Of a stretch of DNA of 64,000 bases, positions 10,625 through 22,396 are shown piece after piece. Both the position numbers and the translations under genes were made by a program. Source of the DNA: an uncultured Porphyromonas sp. (GTDB taxonomy: Bacteria > Bacteroidota > Bacteroidia > Bacteroidales > Porphyromonadaceae). Under the pieces are notes generated by a model. The model ran no database searches. It was not told the origin of the DNA and saw only the letters and a program-made list of their open reading frames with translations. Numbering within the stretch: position 1 is the stretch's first letter; each line of letters starts with the position of its first letter. The stretch covers positions 1,405 to 65,404 of the forward strand of contig CABUDK010000001.1 in the NCBI GenBank assembly GCA_902490315.1. Direction: 5' to 3'.

Positions 10625-11257
10625 TTACTTGTTAAAGAAAGGCTCGAGGATGATCATGAGGTTCTCCATAAAGAAGCGTACGGAGATGGCTAGCAGGATG
10701 ACTCCGAAGAACTTACGCAAGATGTAGATCCCGCCCTGTCCGAGCCACTTCTCTAGCAGGGACACCGTACGTAGCATTAGGTAGATACAGACGACGTTGA
10801 GCAGGATAGCGACGAAAAGCGTCGAGGTCGCCGTCCCAGAGGACTTCATCGTTAGGATCGCGGTAAAGGAAGCTGCACCTGCAAAGAGCGGGAAGACAAG
10901 CGGTACGATGTCTGCACTCCCCGACGGGTTGTCGTCTTGAAAGACCTGTATGCCGAAGATCATCTCGACAGCCAGCACAAAGAGGACGATAGAACCCGCC
11001 ACAGCAAAGGACGAAACGTCCACTCCAAAGAAGCCGAGCAGGGGCTCCCCGATGACGAGGAAGGCGATGAACATGATGCCCGAGATGATAGCCACCTTGC
11101 TGGGGTGAAAGATGCTTCCCTTCTCCTTGAGGCTCAGCGCAATCGGGATGGCTCCGATGATGTCGATAGAGACAAAGAGGATCATAAAGGTCGCGAAGAA
11201 GCTCGATAGCGTAAAGTGCGAAAAGTCAGCTAAGATGCTGTTCCAAATGTTTTCCAT
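10625..11257 (-). CDS. MarC family membrane protein
   Basis: Six TM helices, IDIIG.IP and IVPLVFPLFAG motifs. Confidence 0.9.
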   Translation of the reverse strand: MENIWNSILADFSHFTLSSFFATFMILFVSIDIIGAIPIALSLKEKGSIFHPSKVAIISGIMFIAFLVIGEPLLGFFGVDVSSFAVAGSIVLFVLAVEMIFGIQVFQDDNPSGSADIVPLVFPLFAGAASFTAILTMKSSGTATSTLFVAILLNVVCIYLMLRTVSLLEKWLGQGGIYILRKFFGVILLAISVRFFMENLMIILEPFFNK

Positions 11258-11397
11258 AATCAGAATTGTTTAAAAGCGGTGAGAAGGGAACGCTTTCGGC
11301 TGCAAAGGTAATAAATAGCGCTGCAATCATCAAGCAGAGGCGCCTGCGTCTCAACTTCGAAGGACAAGAAGCGGTGCCAGGTGCGGGCTTGTTTTAA

Positions 11398-11585
11398 TTT
11401 CTATGGAGGAATTTCCAAATAGCTCGCTGGAAAATGAAAATTCTCCACGGAGGCGAGGAAAATTTCTTCGGAAGAATCAAACGATACTTCGGAAGAATCA
11501 GATGATAAGTCCGAAGAAATTTTTCTTTCCTCCGGAGGAAATGAAAAATCTCCACGGAGGAATTTAGGATTTCCTCGGTGGAGAT
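11398..11585 (+). repeat. Dispersed phased-palindrome element, copy 2
   Basis: Same core ttcttcggaagaatcaaacgatacttcggaagaatcagatgataagtccgaagaa; boundaries approximate. Confidence 0.85.
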
Positions 11586-11661
11586 TTGTCAGTGCTATAG
11601 GTTAGAGCGTGTCACGCCTGAGGGTTTTTACCCAAAATGAGGTAGTACCAAATAAAATGAG

Positions 11662-11669
11662 TACTTTTG
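11662..11669 (+). promoter_or_regulatory. -7 promoter element of the nqr operon
   Basis: TACTTTTG ~33 nt upstream of the nqrA ATG. Confidence 0.65.
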
Positions 11670-11701
11670 CACCAATTGTTGGATTCTAAAGAGAGATCGT
11701 C

Positions 11702-13057
11702 ATGGCAAGAACGATAACTATCAAGCGAGGCTTGGATCTCAAACTCCATGGGACTGCGCCCCGCACCCTCCTGACTACTCCTTCTGGCGGAGCTTCGTCC
11801 ACCTATGCATGGGTGCCCGATGATGTGCCAGGGCTGACGCCCAAGATGAAGGTGCATGTAGGAGATCACGTAGAGGCTGGCGACCCGATTGTCTACGATA
11901 AGCAGTACCCAGAGGTATGGGTCACAGCGCCCGTCAGTGGTGAGCTGGTTGCGATCAATCGAGGTGCTAAGCGTAAGATTATGAGCGTAGAGATACGCCC
12001 AGATGAGAGTCAGACACAGCACGCCTTCGCAGTAGAGGGACTACTCGAGGGTGAGGCGAGCAAGCTACAAGCGCTGCTGCTCGAGTCTGGCCTATGGACG
12101 CTCATACGTCAGAGACCTTACGATCGCATTGCTGATCCTACGATCGCTCCACGAGATATATTTGTCACAGCTCATCTGACTGCTCCTCTAGCTCCTGAGA
12201 TCGACTATCTACTGGAGGGACGTGAGGAGGAGCTACGTATAGGACTCCGCGCCTTGGCTCGTCTGACGGCTGGCAAGGTTTATGTCGGTGTCGCACAAGG
12301 CACTCCGCTGACGCTTCCTGTAGAAGTGGTGCCTGTAGAGGTCCGAGGCCAACACCCTGCTGGTAATGTGGGGGTGCTGATCAACCACGTGGCGCCGATT
12401 AATAAGGGGGAGACGGTCTGGACACTACGTGCTACAGATGTGGCACTCATTGGTCGTCTTCTGATGACTGGACATGTGGACTACACACGTCGTATCGCTA
12501 TCACGGGTAGTCATGCTGCGGAGCACGGCTATATGAATCTACTACCAGGCTGTCGCCTAGAGAGACTAGGTAAGCTTGCTCAGGATGGGGGTAAGATGCG
12601 TATCATTGCAGGTGATGTGCTGACAGGCACTCAGCTCACGGAGGAGCGTCCTTTCCTCCCGATGAGCTGCGACCAGATCACGGTGATCCCTGATGGGGCT
12701 GATCGTGATGAGCTGCTCGGGTGGGCTATGCCCCGATTTGGAGAGTTTAGCCAGAGCCGTACCTATCTCAGCTGGCTCATGCCTCGCAAGCAGTATACAC
12801 TGGATGCTCGCCTCAAGGGAGGCAAGCGTGCGATGATCATGAGTCATGAGCTGCAGAGCGTCTTCCCGCTAGATATCTATGCGGAGTATCTGCTGAAGGC
12901 GATTATAGCTTTTGATATTGACAAGATGGAGGAGCTCGGCATCTACGAGGTGGCACCTGAGGACTTCGCCCTGTGCGAGTTCGTCGACACTTCCAAGATG
13001 GAGCTACAACACATCGTGCGTCAAGGTCTAGACCTACTATATAAGGAGATGAACTAA
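11702..13057 (+). CDS. nqrA: Na+-translocating NADH:quinone reductase subunit A
   Basis: IKRGLDL N-terminus, HPAGNVG, EDFALCEFVD.SK; first of six nqr genes. Confidence 0.95.
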   Translation: MARTITIKRGLDLKLHGTAPRTLLTTPSGGASSTYAWVPDDVPGLTPKMKVHVGDHVEAGDPIVYDKQYPEVWVTAPVSGELVAINRGAKRKIMSVEIRPDESQTQHAFAVEGLLEGEASKLQALLLESGLWTLIRQRPYDRIADPTIAPRDIFVTAHLTAPLAPEIDYLLEGREEELRIGLRALARLTAGKVYVGVAQGTPLTLPVEVVPVEVRGQHPAGNVGVLINHVAPINKGETVWTLRATDVALIGRLLMTGHVDYTRRIAITGSHAAEHGYMNLLPGCRLERLGKLAQDGGKMRIIAGDVLTGTQLTEERPFLPMSCDQITVIPDGADRDELLGWAMPRFGEFSQSRTYLSWLMPRKQYTLDARLKGGKRAMIMSHELQSVFPLDIYAEYLLKAIIAFDIDKMEELGIYEVAPEDFALCEFVDTSKMELQHIVRQGLDLLYKEMN

Positions 13058-13125
13058 AAAAACAGCCTCACGGGGGGAGCAAAGCTTCCTCATCGTAAGG
13101 CTATGGACTATGACTACTATATTAT

Positions 13126-14349
13126 ATGTCACTAAAAGATAGATTCAATAAGCGACGCTCGCAGTTTGAGCCTGGGGGTAAGCTGCATGCGTTTCACTCG
13201 CTCTTTGACGGGTTTGAGACCTTCCTCTATGTGCCGCACACAACGGCGGCTCCACGAGGGGGCGTGCATGTACATGATGCGATAGATAGCAAGCGTGTCA
13301 TGAGTACCGTGGTGCTAGCACTAGTGCCTGCGTTACTCTTTGGTATGTACAATGTGGGACTCCAGCACTTCATCGCGATCGGTCAGACGGCTGGCTTCTG
13401 GTCGATGTTTTGGTTTGGCTTCCTAGCAGTACTGCCTAAGATCGTGGTCTCCTACGTAGTGGGATTGGGTATCGAGTTTACCGTAGCACAGTGGAAGCAC
13501 GAAGAGATCCAGGAGGGATACCTCGTGACAGGTATGCTGGTTCCGATGATCGTGCCCATAGGTACGCCACTCTGGATGATTGCTGTGGCTGTCGCTATGT
13601 CGGTGATCTTCGCTAAGGAGGTCTTCGGAGGAACGGGCTACAACGTCTTCAACGTGGCGCTGGTCACCCGTGCCATCCTCTTCTTTGCCTATCCAGCAGC
13701 TATGACTGGCGACAAGGTCTTCGTTCGTACGGAGCCTATCTTTGGCTTCGGTGGTAGTGGCGATATGGCTACAGCTGCTGTCGATGGCTTCTCAGGGGCT
13801 ACCCCTCTAGGTCAGGTGGCTACGGCTGGCGATACGCTCCCCACGATCGTTAACACGATGGGCGAGCCCTCTACACTATGGGACGCTTTCTGGGGCTTTA
13901 TACCCGGTAGTATCGGTGAAGTCTCGACCTTCGCTATCCTACTCGGTGCTATCCTGCTCATCTGGACAGGCGTAGCTAGCTACAAGGTGATCGTGAGTGG
14001 CGTCGTGGGTGCAGCGCTGATGACGCTCCTCTTTAACGCGATCGGCACGACCGCTGCGATGCAGCTCGATATCACGCATCACCTGCTCTATGGAGGCTTT
14101 GCCTTCGGTCTAGTCTTCATGGCAACCGACCCTGTTACCTCGGCACGTACCGAGACGGGTAAGTGGATCTACGGTCTCCTCGTGGGTGTCATGTGTGTCT
14201 TCATACGTGTCCTCAACCCTGGATATCCTGAGGGTATGATGCTCGCTATCTTGCTGATGAACGTCTTCGCACCGCTCATCGACTATGTGGTAGTAAACAA
14301 AAACGTCGCTAAGCGCAAGAAGCGCTGGGCAACGGCAGCTAAACATTGA
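13126..14349 (+). CDS. nqrB: Na+-NQR subunit B
   Basis: KEVFGGTG.N.FN.AL, SGAT FMN-attachment motif, FMATDPV. Confidence 0.95.
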   Translation: MSLKDRFNKRRSQFEPGGKLHAFHSLFDGFETFLYVPHTTAAPRGGVHVHDAIDSKRVMSTVVLALVPALLFGMYNVGLQHFIAIGQTAGFWSMFWFGFLAVLPKIVVSYVVGLGIEFTVAQWKHEEIQEGYLVTGMLVPMIVPIGTPLWMIAVAVAMSVIFAKEVFGGTGYNVFNVALVTRAILFFAYPAAMTGDKVFVRTEPIFGFGGSGDMATAAVDGFSGATPLGQVATAGDTLPTIVNTMGEPSTLWDAFWGFIPGSIGEVSTFAILLGAILLIWTGVASYKVIVSGVVGAALMTLLFNAIGTTAAMQLDITHHLLYGGFAFGLVFMATDPVTSARTETGKWIYGLLVGVMCVFIRVLNPGYPEGMMLAILLMNVFAPLIDYVVVNKNVAKRKKRWATAAKH

Positions 14350-14363
14350 TCTTCCTTACGACT

Positions 14364-15113
14364 ATGAATAGAGATAGTAATACCTACACGATCCTCTACG
14401 CAGCCATTATGGTGGTCGTAGTCGCAATAGCTCTAGCGCTCACGGCTGTGGCTCTACGCAAGCCTCAGCAAGAGAATGAGCGCATCGACAAGATGCAGCA
14501 GATACTACGTGCTGTACATCTGGAGCCTACGAAAGATCAAGTCATCCCCACCTATACGCAGGTGATCAAGCAAGAGCTACTGGTCAATGCTCAGGGCGAA
14601 GTGATTGCTACGTTCGAGGGAGACCAGATCGCTCAGAATGAGGCTTTCCAAATGAACACGGCCAATCAGTTTAAGCTCCGTCAGCAAGACCCTTCTCTCG
14701 GACTCCCTGTCTATGTTGCGGAGGTCGAGGGGCAGCAGCTCTACATCTTCCCGATGGATGGAGCTGGTCTATGGGGAGCTATCTGGGGCTTCCTTGCTGT
14801 GCAGGCAGACGGGTCGACTGTCTATGGTACCGACTTCTCGCACGCTGGTGAGACTCCAGGACTAGGTGCCGAGATCGCTACGAAGCACTTCTCACAGGAG
14901 TTCGTCGGTAAGCAGCTCTATCGTGACGAGCAGTTTAAGTCTATCGCAGTCGTCAAGCCTGGCCAGACCCGCACCGACCAAGACTATGTGGACGGTATCT
15001 CAGGCGGTACGCTCACGAGCAATGGTGTCAACAATATGCTCTGGAGCTCTATCCACGAGTACTTCCCTTACATAGAGCAGATACGTAGTGGTCAAGCAGT
15101 AGCAGTAGAATAA
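14364..15113 (+). CDS. nqrC: Na+-NQR subunit C
   Basis: GLWG.IWG, ETPGLGAEI, VDGISGGT.TS FMN motif; start moved to the ATG at 14364 (MNRDSNTYT). Confidence 0.93.
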   Translation: MNRDSNTYTILYAAIMVVVVAIALALTAVALRKPQQENERIDKMQQILRAVHLEPTKDQVIPTYTQVIKQELLVNAQGEVIATFEGDQIAQNEAFQMNTANQFKLRQQDPSLGLPVYVAEVEGQQLYIFPMDGAGLWGAIWGFLAVQADGSTVYGTDFSHAGETPGLGAEIATKHFSQEFVGKQLYRDEQFKSIAVVKPGQTRTDQDYVDGISGGTLTSNGVNNMLWSSIHEYFPYIEQIRSGQAVAVE

Positions 15114-15135
15114 TCAAGAGAGAGTAATCTAAGCT

Positions 15136-15759
15136 ATGAGTAAGATAAGTAATAAAGAGGTATTCCTAGGACCTCTCAATAAGAATAACCCGGTCACCGT
15201 CCAGGTGCTCGGTATATGCTCTGCGCTGGCGGTCACAGCTCAGCTCAAGCCCGCTCTGGTGATGGCTCTATCGGTGACGGTGGTCGTCGCCTTTGCGAAC
15301 GTGATCATATCGCTACTGCGTAACACGATACCTAATCGTATTCGTATCATTGTACAGCTGGTGGTGGTCGCTGCGCTTGTGACGATCGTCAATGAGGTAC
15401 TCAAGGCCTATGTCTACGACGTCTCTAAGGAGCTGTCGGTTTACATTGGTTTGATCATTACGAACTGTATCTTGATGGGACGACTAGAGGCTTTTGCCTT
15501 GGCAAATGGGCCTAAGGCTTCCTTCCTCGATGGTGTCGGCAATGGACTGGGGTATGGACTCGTCTTGGTCATCATCGGCTTCGTCCGTGAGCTACTCGGT
15601 AGAGGGTCACTACTCGGATATCAGATTATCCCGCAGTCTTTCTATGATATGGGCTATGTCAATCACGGCTTGATGATCATGCCTCCTATGGCACTCATCG
15701 TCCTCGCCTGCATCGTATGGATACAGCGCAGTAAAAACAAGGATCTGCAGGAGCAGTAA
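15136..15759 (+). CDS. nqrD: Na+-NQR subunit D
   Basis: NNP.TVQVLGICSALAVT, GLIITNCILMGRLEAFA. Confidence 0.95.
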   Translation: MSKISNKEVFLGPLNKNNPVTVQVLGICSALAVTAQLKPALVMALSVTVVVAFANVIISLLRNTIPNRIRIIVQLVVVAALVTIVNEVLKAYVYDVSKELSVYIGLIITNCILMGRLEAFALANGPKASFLDGVGNGLGYGLVLVIIGFVRELLGRGSLLGYQIIPQSFYDMGYVNHGLMIMPPMALIVLACIVWIQRSKNKDLQEQ

Positions 15760-15810
15760 GCTCTCCAATCCATATAATACATTGGTCACACACAGATTAA
15801 AGTCTAAGCA

Positions 15811-16425
15811 ATGGATTATCTAAGTCTATTTTTCAAGTCGATCTTTGTCGACAATATGATCTTTGCCTACTACCTAGGTATGTGCTCTTACCTAGCTGTA
15901 TCCAAAGACGTCAAGACCTCACTGGGATTGGGGCTGGCAGTAACTTTTATCCTTACCTGTACACTACCGATCAACTACCTTCTGGAGACCTACGTCTTTA
16001 AGGCGGGAGCCTTGAGCTGGCTCGGGGCGGAGTTTGCTTCGGTCGATCTGAGCTTCCTATCGCTCATCGTCTTCATCGCCGTCATCGCCTCCTTTACGCA
16101 GCTGGTAGAGATGGTTGTGGAGCGTTACAGCCCTTCGCTATACAACTCGCTCGGTATCTTCCTACCGCTCATCGCTGTGAACTGTGCGATCCTCGGTGGC
16201 TCGCTCTTTATGCAGCAGCGTGACTTCATCAATACAGGCATGGCAACGGTCTATGGCCTTGGATCTGGCATCGGTTGGATGCTAGCTATCGTTGGTCTAG
16301 CAGCTATCAGAGAGCGTCTAGCTTATAGTAATATACCGAAGCCTTTGAGAGGATTTGGTATCACGCTCATCGTCACTGGTCTGATGGGTATCGCATTCCT
16401 CAGCTTCTCAGGTGTCAAACTCTAA
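15811..16425 (+). CDS. nqrE: Na+-NQR subunit E
   Basis: [27 protein letters not shown]. Confidence 0.95.
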   Translation: MDYLSLFFKSIFVDNMIFAYYLGMCSYLAVSKDVKTSLGLGLAVTFILTCTLPINYLLETYVFKAGALSWLGAEFASVDLSFLSLIVFIAVIASFTQLVEMVVERYSPSLYNSLGIFLPLIAVNCAILGGSLFMQQRDFINTGMATVYGLGSGIGWMLAIVGLAAIRERLAYSNIPKPLRGFGITLIVTGLMGIAFLSFSGVKL

Positions 16426-16437
16426 TCGCCTACAGAT

Positions 16438-17685
<1,248 letters not shown>

Positions 17686-17727
17686 GGCATCCCTGAGTCG
17701 ATAAATCAATCGAAGAGAGCAAAGAAT

Positions 17728-17780
17728 GAGGCGACAGCGAACTATTCCGATGAATGGATGTACGCTGTCGCCTTGCTTAT
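17728..17780 (+). terminator. Hairpin, probable terminator after nqrF
   Basis: aggcgacagcg...cgctgtcgcct stem. Confidence 0.6.
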
Positions 17781-17948
17781 GCCCTCTTTTATAGCGATGA
17801 CGACCATAAGGAAGAATTAAATATCGAAAAGGTCAAAAGAAATACCGTTTTTGACAAGTCGATTCTCCTTAATAAGCTGGTTTGTTTGAGTCAAATACCG
17901 TAACTTTGTCCCACAGAAATAATTGAAATTGTAGCCAAACCACTTACT

Positions 17949-18554
17949 ATGATACGAAAGATAGTGATTACAATCGGCCTCGTCCTAACTATTGGACTTG
18001 CAGCCACGGCACAGCGAGTTGCTCTCAAAAACAACTTAGCTTACGATGCCATCCTGACGCCCAACCTCTCACTAGAGTTTGCGATGGGCAATAAGTTTAC
18101 CTTCGACACCCAAATTGGATGGAACGCATTCCTATTCAACCTAGACGCAGGCAAGCCAAACTATAGTGAGACCAAGTGGGCTCACTGGATGGCGCAGCCT
18201 GAGCTTAGGTACTGGTTCTGCGATGTCTTCAATGGGTGGTTCCTTGGTCTACATGGACATGTAGGTCAGATGAACGTGGGAGGTATAGACATCCCCTTCG
18301 TCTTAGAGAACAAAAACTCTATCATGAAGGATCACCGCTACCAAGGCTGGTTCTACGGAGGTGGTCTCAGCGTTGGCTACCAATGGGTGCTTTCGACACG
18401 CTCCTCTCTTGAGTTCTCGCTAGGTGCAGGTTATGCTCGCATACTATATGACAAGTTCCCCTGCCAGCGTTGCGGTACGAAAGTTGACGAGGGTAAGGCT
18501 AACTATGTCGGACCCACGAAGGCTACTATCTCGTATGTCTTCTTCTTCAAGTAA
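17949..18554 (+). CDS. DUF3575-like outer-membrane beta-barrel protein
   Basis: ALKNNLAYDA..TPNLSLEF, QPELRYW, C..CG, GPTKA.IS and terminal Phe. Confidence 0.85.
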   Translation: MIRKIVITIGLVLTIGLAATAQRVALKNNLAYDAILTPNLSLEFAMGNKFTFDTQIGWNAFLFNLDAGKPNYSETKWAHWMAQPELRYWFCDVFNGWFLGLHGHVGQMNVGGIDIPFVLENKNSIMKDHRYQGWFYGGGLSVGYQWVLSTRSSLEFSLGAGYARILYDKFPCQRCGTKVDEGKANYVGPTKATISYVFFFK

Positions 18555-18592
18555 TCGTCAGTAGCACATATAACAACATAGACACCAAGATT

Positions 18593-20035
18593 ATGAATAT
18601 CAAGATATCCCGTTTACTCATACTCCTCTCGACGCTACTATTTACCGTCGGAGGGACGCTATGTGCTCAGCAACTCGCCAAGGCAGAGGTGACTCAGACG
18701 ATTGCACTCTCATCAGAGCACTGCAAAGTCACACGAGACATGAATAGCAACCAGCTTCGCATAGAGCTGGATGTAGCTCCTTATGTCACCGTGCGTGCAC
18801 AGCAACTCGTTCGGATTACTCCGATCTATATGGCTGCAGATAGAAGCGACTCAATACGCTTTAAGGACATATATGTAGCAGGCAATGCTCGCTATAAGAT
18901 CCTCAAGCGTCAGCATGACCTTCGCAATGAGGAGGCTCTCGGACGTGAAGTCTACTCACGTCCAGAAGGCTCTGTCTATGCACGTGGCATCAATGATTTG
19001 CCTCACATGGTCTATGAGAGCCCCTTCGAGAGCTGGATGGCTCGTGGTCATATGGAGCTAGAAGTACAGACCTATAGCTGTGGCAACTGTCCTAAGAGTG
19101 CCTTCTTGGCACAAGGAGACCCACAGTCCATGTCTGTCTTTGGTCCGGAAAACTACAAGTACAACTACATAGAGCCAGCTGCTACAACCTTCAAAGAGTA
19201 CTCTGAGAACTTTGATGCCAAGGTACAGTTTGCAGTAGACAAGGATGACCTGCGTAGAGATTATAAGGGCAATGCACAGGAGCTAGCCCGCCTAGGCGAG
19301 TTTGTCCAGCGAGCAACAAAGATTGAGGGCGCAGAGCTCCAGTCTGTCAACATCCGAGGATATGCATCACCTGAGGGTTCCTTTAGTCACAACAAGGCTC
19401 TCTCTGAGAGACGTACTAAAACACTTTATGATCACGTCAAGCGTACCTATCCGAAGCTCATCGGTCGTGCCAATGTTATTGCTGAGGGTATGGGTGAAGA
19501 CTGGGAAGGACTGCGCAAGGTCGTAGACGCCAGTGACATGCCTGAGCGTCAGGAGATCCTTGACATCATAGATAAGTATGACACCGACACGCAGCGTGAG
19601 GCTGACATCAAGGCTCTTGACGGAGGCAATGTTTACCGCAACCTCCTAGACAACTATTATCCAGGTCTACGACGCACCACCTTTACGATGGGCTATCGAG
19701 TACGTCCCTTTGAGGCCTCAGAGTTGGCACACATCTATTCGACGAATCCTAAGTTGCTAAGCCAAAATGAGCTGTACACGCTAGCTAACCAAAAGATCGC
19801 AGCTGGCGAAAATCCTGTAGCTATCTATCGCACAGCTTACGAGCAGAATCGCAACGACGTTGTTGCCAAGCTTAACTATGCCAATGCTCTTCTTCAGTAT
19901 GACAAGAATGCTGCTGAGGCTTACAAGCTACTCTCTACCATGCAGTCAGACTCTCGTGTTAAGCTGCCCACAGCTATCGCACTTGACATGATGGGCCGTA
20001 AGACCGAAGCTGAGGAGCTGTACTACAAGAAATAA
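18593..20035 (+). CDS. DUF3868/OmpA-like domain protein (PgmA-like)
   Basis: Signal peptide; GYASPEG....N..LS.RR, GEDWEGL, YYP.LRR motifs. Confidence 0.8.
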   Translation: MNIKISRLLILLSTLLFTVGGTLCAQQLAKAEVTQTIALSSEHCKVTRDMNSNQLRIELDVAPYVTVRAQQLVRITPIYMAADRSDSIRFKDIYVAGNARYKILKRQHDLRNEEALGREVYSRPEGSVYARGINDLPHMVYESPFESWMARGHMELEVQTYSCGNCPKSAFLAQGDPQSMSVFGPENYKYNYIEPAATTFKEYSENFDAKVQFAVDKDDLRRDYKGNAQELARLGEFVQRATKIEGAELQSVNIRGYASPEGSFSHNKALSERRTKTLYDHVKRTYPKLIGRANVIAEGMGEDWEGLRKVVDASDMPERQEILDIIDKYDTDTQREADIKALDGGNVYRNLLDNYYPGLRRTTFTMGYRVRPFEASELAHIYSTNPKLLSQNELYTLANQKIAAGENPVAIYRTAYEQNRNDVVAKLNYANALLQYDKNAAEAYKLLSTMQSDSRVKLPTAIALDMMGRKTEAEELYYKK

Positions 20036-20080
20036 ATTGATAGTGGTCGCTCACTGAGCGACTAGTATCACACTGACAAG

Positions 20081-20126
20081 ATTCCCCATCAGGACGACTT
20101 CGCTCTTCCTGATGGGGAATTTTTTA
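20081..20126 (+). terminator. Intrinsic terminator
   Basis: attccccatcagga...tcctgatggggaat followed by a T-run. Confidence 0.85.
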
Positions 20127-20253
20127 TAGATAGTGCAAGGCTTACAATCTGATGAGTATTGAGCTTGAGTTCATTTAGATAACTAGCTCAGCGGTCTTAG
20201 AAATTTGTTTCGAGCCACCCTCGACTTTCTTTACACTGTGAGAGGAGTCTAAA

Positions 20254-20440
20254 ATTTCTACCGAGGAAATCGAAAATCGCCACGGAGGAAAGAAGGAATT
20301 TCTTCGGAAGAATCAAACGATACTTCGGAGGAATCAGATGAAACTTCGGAAGAATCAAATGATATGTCCGAGGAAATTCCTTCTTTCCTCCGTGGCGATT
20401 TTCTATTTCCTCCGTGAAGATTCACGAATAGCTCCGTGGG
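20254..20440 (+). repeat. Dispersed phased-palindrome element, copy 3 (with 46-bp inverted arms)
   Basis: 20263-20308 and 20367-20412 are reverse complements with 2 mismatches; 21-bp units lie between them. Confidence 0.88.
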
Positions 20441-20635
20441 GGAGATAGAGATTAGAGGCTAGAGGTTAGAAGACTAGTGGCTCTACTGCTTCTAGAGTCT
20501 AATATCTAACCCGTGTAGTCCTACTCATGTGCTTGTTTTTGTGTACTTTTGTGCTAGTGGAGACTTGGAGCGCATGGTGCTTTGGTCTCTGTGATACAAG
20601 CTAAAGATAAATATAGATATAGGTAGCATTAGATT

Positions 20636-22378
20636 ATGTACAGAACGCATACGTGTGGAGCTCTGCGTGCCTCTGACGAGGGACAGCAGGTGACGCTCGC
20701 GGGTTGGGTCGCTAAGATTCGTCGCATGGGAGCTATGACCTTCCTCGACTTACGTGATAGATATGGCATTACGCAGATCTTCTTTGATGAGTCACATCAG
20801 GGGCTCCTCAGTGAGGTGGGACGTGAGTGGGTACTGGCGGTGACGGGTACCGTACGCCTGCGCAGCAGTGTCAATGAGAAGATCCCCACGGGACAGATCG
20901 AGATCCTAGCAGATCGTATGGAGGTACTGAATCGTGCCGACACGCCTCCCTTTACGATCGAGGATGTGAGCGACGGTGGCGATGACCTACGTATGAAGTA
21001 CCGCTACCTGGATCTACGTCGTAGACCCGTGCTGAGCAATATAGAGCTGCGTCACCGTATGACGATGGAGACGCGACGCTATCTCGACGGGCTCCACTTC
21101 CTAGAGATCGAGACACCGATGCTGATCGGTTCGACACCCGAGGGTGCGCGAGACTTTGTGGTGCCTAGTCGTATGAACCCAGGGCAGTTTTACGCATTGC
21201 CACAGTCGCCACAGACCTTCAAGCAGCTACTGATGGTCGCGGGCATGGATCGCTACTTCCAGATCGTGAAGTGCTTTAGAGATGAGGATCTACGTGCTGA
21301 CCGTCAACCGGAGTTTACGCAGATAGACTGCGAGATGAGCTTCGTGGAGCAGGACGACATCTTGAGCACCTTCGAGGGGCTAGCGAAGCATCTCTTTAAG
21401 GAGATTCGTGGCATTGACCTCCCCACACCACTACGTCGTATGACTTGGTATGAGGCTATGGATCGCTACGGTAGCGACAAGCCCGATCTGCGCTTCGGCA
21501 TGGAGATCGAGGAGGTGACGGAGACGATACAGGGTCATGGCTTTGGCGTGGTCGATAGTGCAGCCTATATTGGTGCTATCGTGGTCACGGGCAAGGCGGA
21601 CTACACGCGTAAGCAGATCGATCAGCTGACCGACTTTGTCAAGCGTCCACAGGTGGGTGCCAAGGGGTTGCTCTGGCTACGCTATCAGCCTGATGGAACG
21701 ATGAAGAGTAGCTTCGACAAGTTCCTCGATGCTGACCAACTCAAAGCTCTGGCCGATAAGCTGTCTATGCAGCCTGGCGACATAGCCTTCCTGATCTCTG
21801 GGGACAAGCGTCCGGCACAGAAGCAGCTGGGCACGCTACGTCTACACATCGCCTCCGAGCTGGGACTGATGAAGTCGGGGCACTATGAGTGTCTCTGGGT
21901 GGTCGACTTCCCGCTACTCGAGTGGGACGAGGAGACGCAACGCTACTATGCGATGCACCACCCCTTTACGGCACCGAAGCCTGAGGACCAAGATCGTCTC
22001 GAGAGCGACCCCGGTAGCGTTCGCGCCGATGCTTACGACATGGTGATCAATGGTGTCGAGGTAGGCGGTGGCTCTATCCGTATTCACGATGCGGAGCTAC
22101 AGGCCAGAGTCTTTGCGGCACTAGGCTTTACGAAGGAGCGTGCCGAAGAGCAGTTTGGTTTCTTGATGAATGCCTTTAAGTATGGCGCACCTCCTCACGG
22201 TGGTATCGCCTTCGGACTGGATCGCTGGGTATCGCTCATGGCTGAGCTGGACTCGATACGTGACTGTATCGCCTTCCCGAAGAACAATTCGGGCCGTGAT
22301 GTGATGATCGATGCGCCCGCACGACTAGACCCAGAGCAGCTCGATGAGCTTCACCTGACGGTGCGGGAGACACTATAA
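20636..22378 (+). CDS. aspS: Aspartyl-tRNA synthetase
   Basis: [44 protein letters not shown]. Confidence 0.97.
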   Translation: MYRTHTCGALRASDEGQQVTLAGWVAKIRRMGAMTFLDLRDRYGITQIFFDESHQGLLSEVGREWVLAVTGTVRLRSSVNEKIPTGQIEILADRMEVLNRADTPPFTIEDVSDGGDDLRMKYRYLDLRRRPVLSNIELRHRMTMETRRYLDGLHFLEIETPMLIGSTPEGARDFVVPSRMNPGQFYALPQSPQTFKQLLMVAGMDRYFQIVKCFRDEDLRADRQPEFTQIDCEMSFVEQDDILSTFEGLAKHLFKEIRGIDLPTPLRRMTWYEAMDRYGSDKPDLRFGMEIEEVTETIQGHGFGVVDSAAYIGAIVVTGKADYTRKQIDQLTDFVKRPQVGAKGLLWLRYQPDGTMKSSFDKFLDADQLKALADKLSMQPGDIAFLISGDKRPAQKQLGTLRLHIASELGLMKSGHYECLWVVDFPLLEWDEETQRYYAMHHPFTAPKPEDQDRLESDPGSVRADAYDMVINGVEVGGGSIRIHDAELQARVFAALGFTKERAEEQFGFLMNAFKYGAPPHGGIAFGLDRWVSLMAELDSIRDCIAFPKNNSGRDVMIDAPARLDPEQLDELHLTVRETL

Positions 22379-22396
22379 TATACAATAGGAGTCCTT

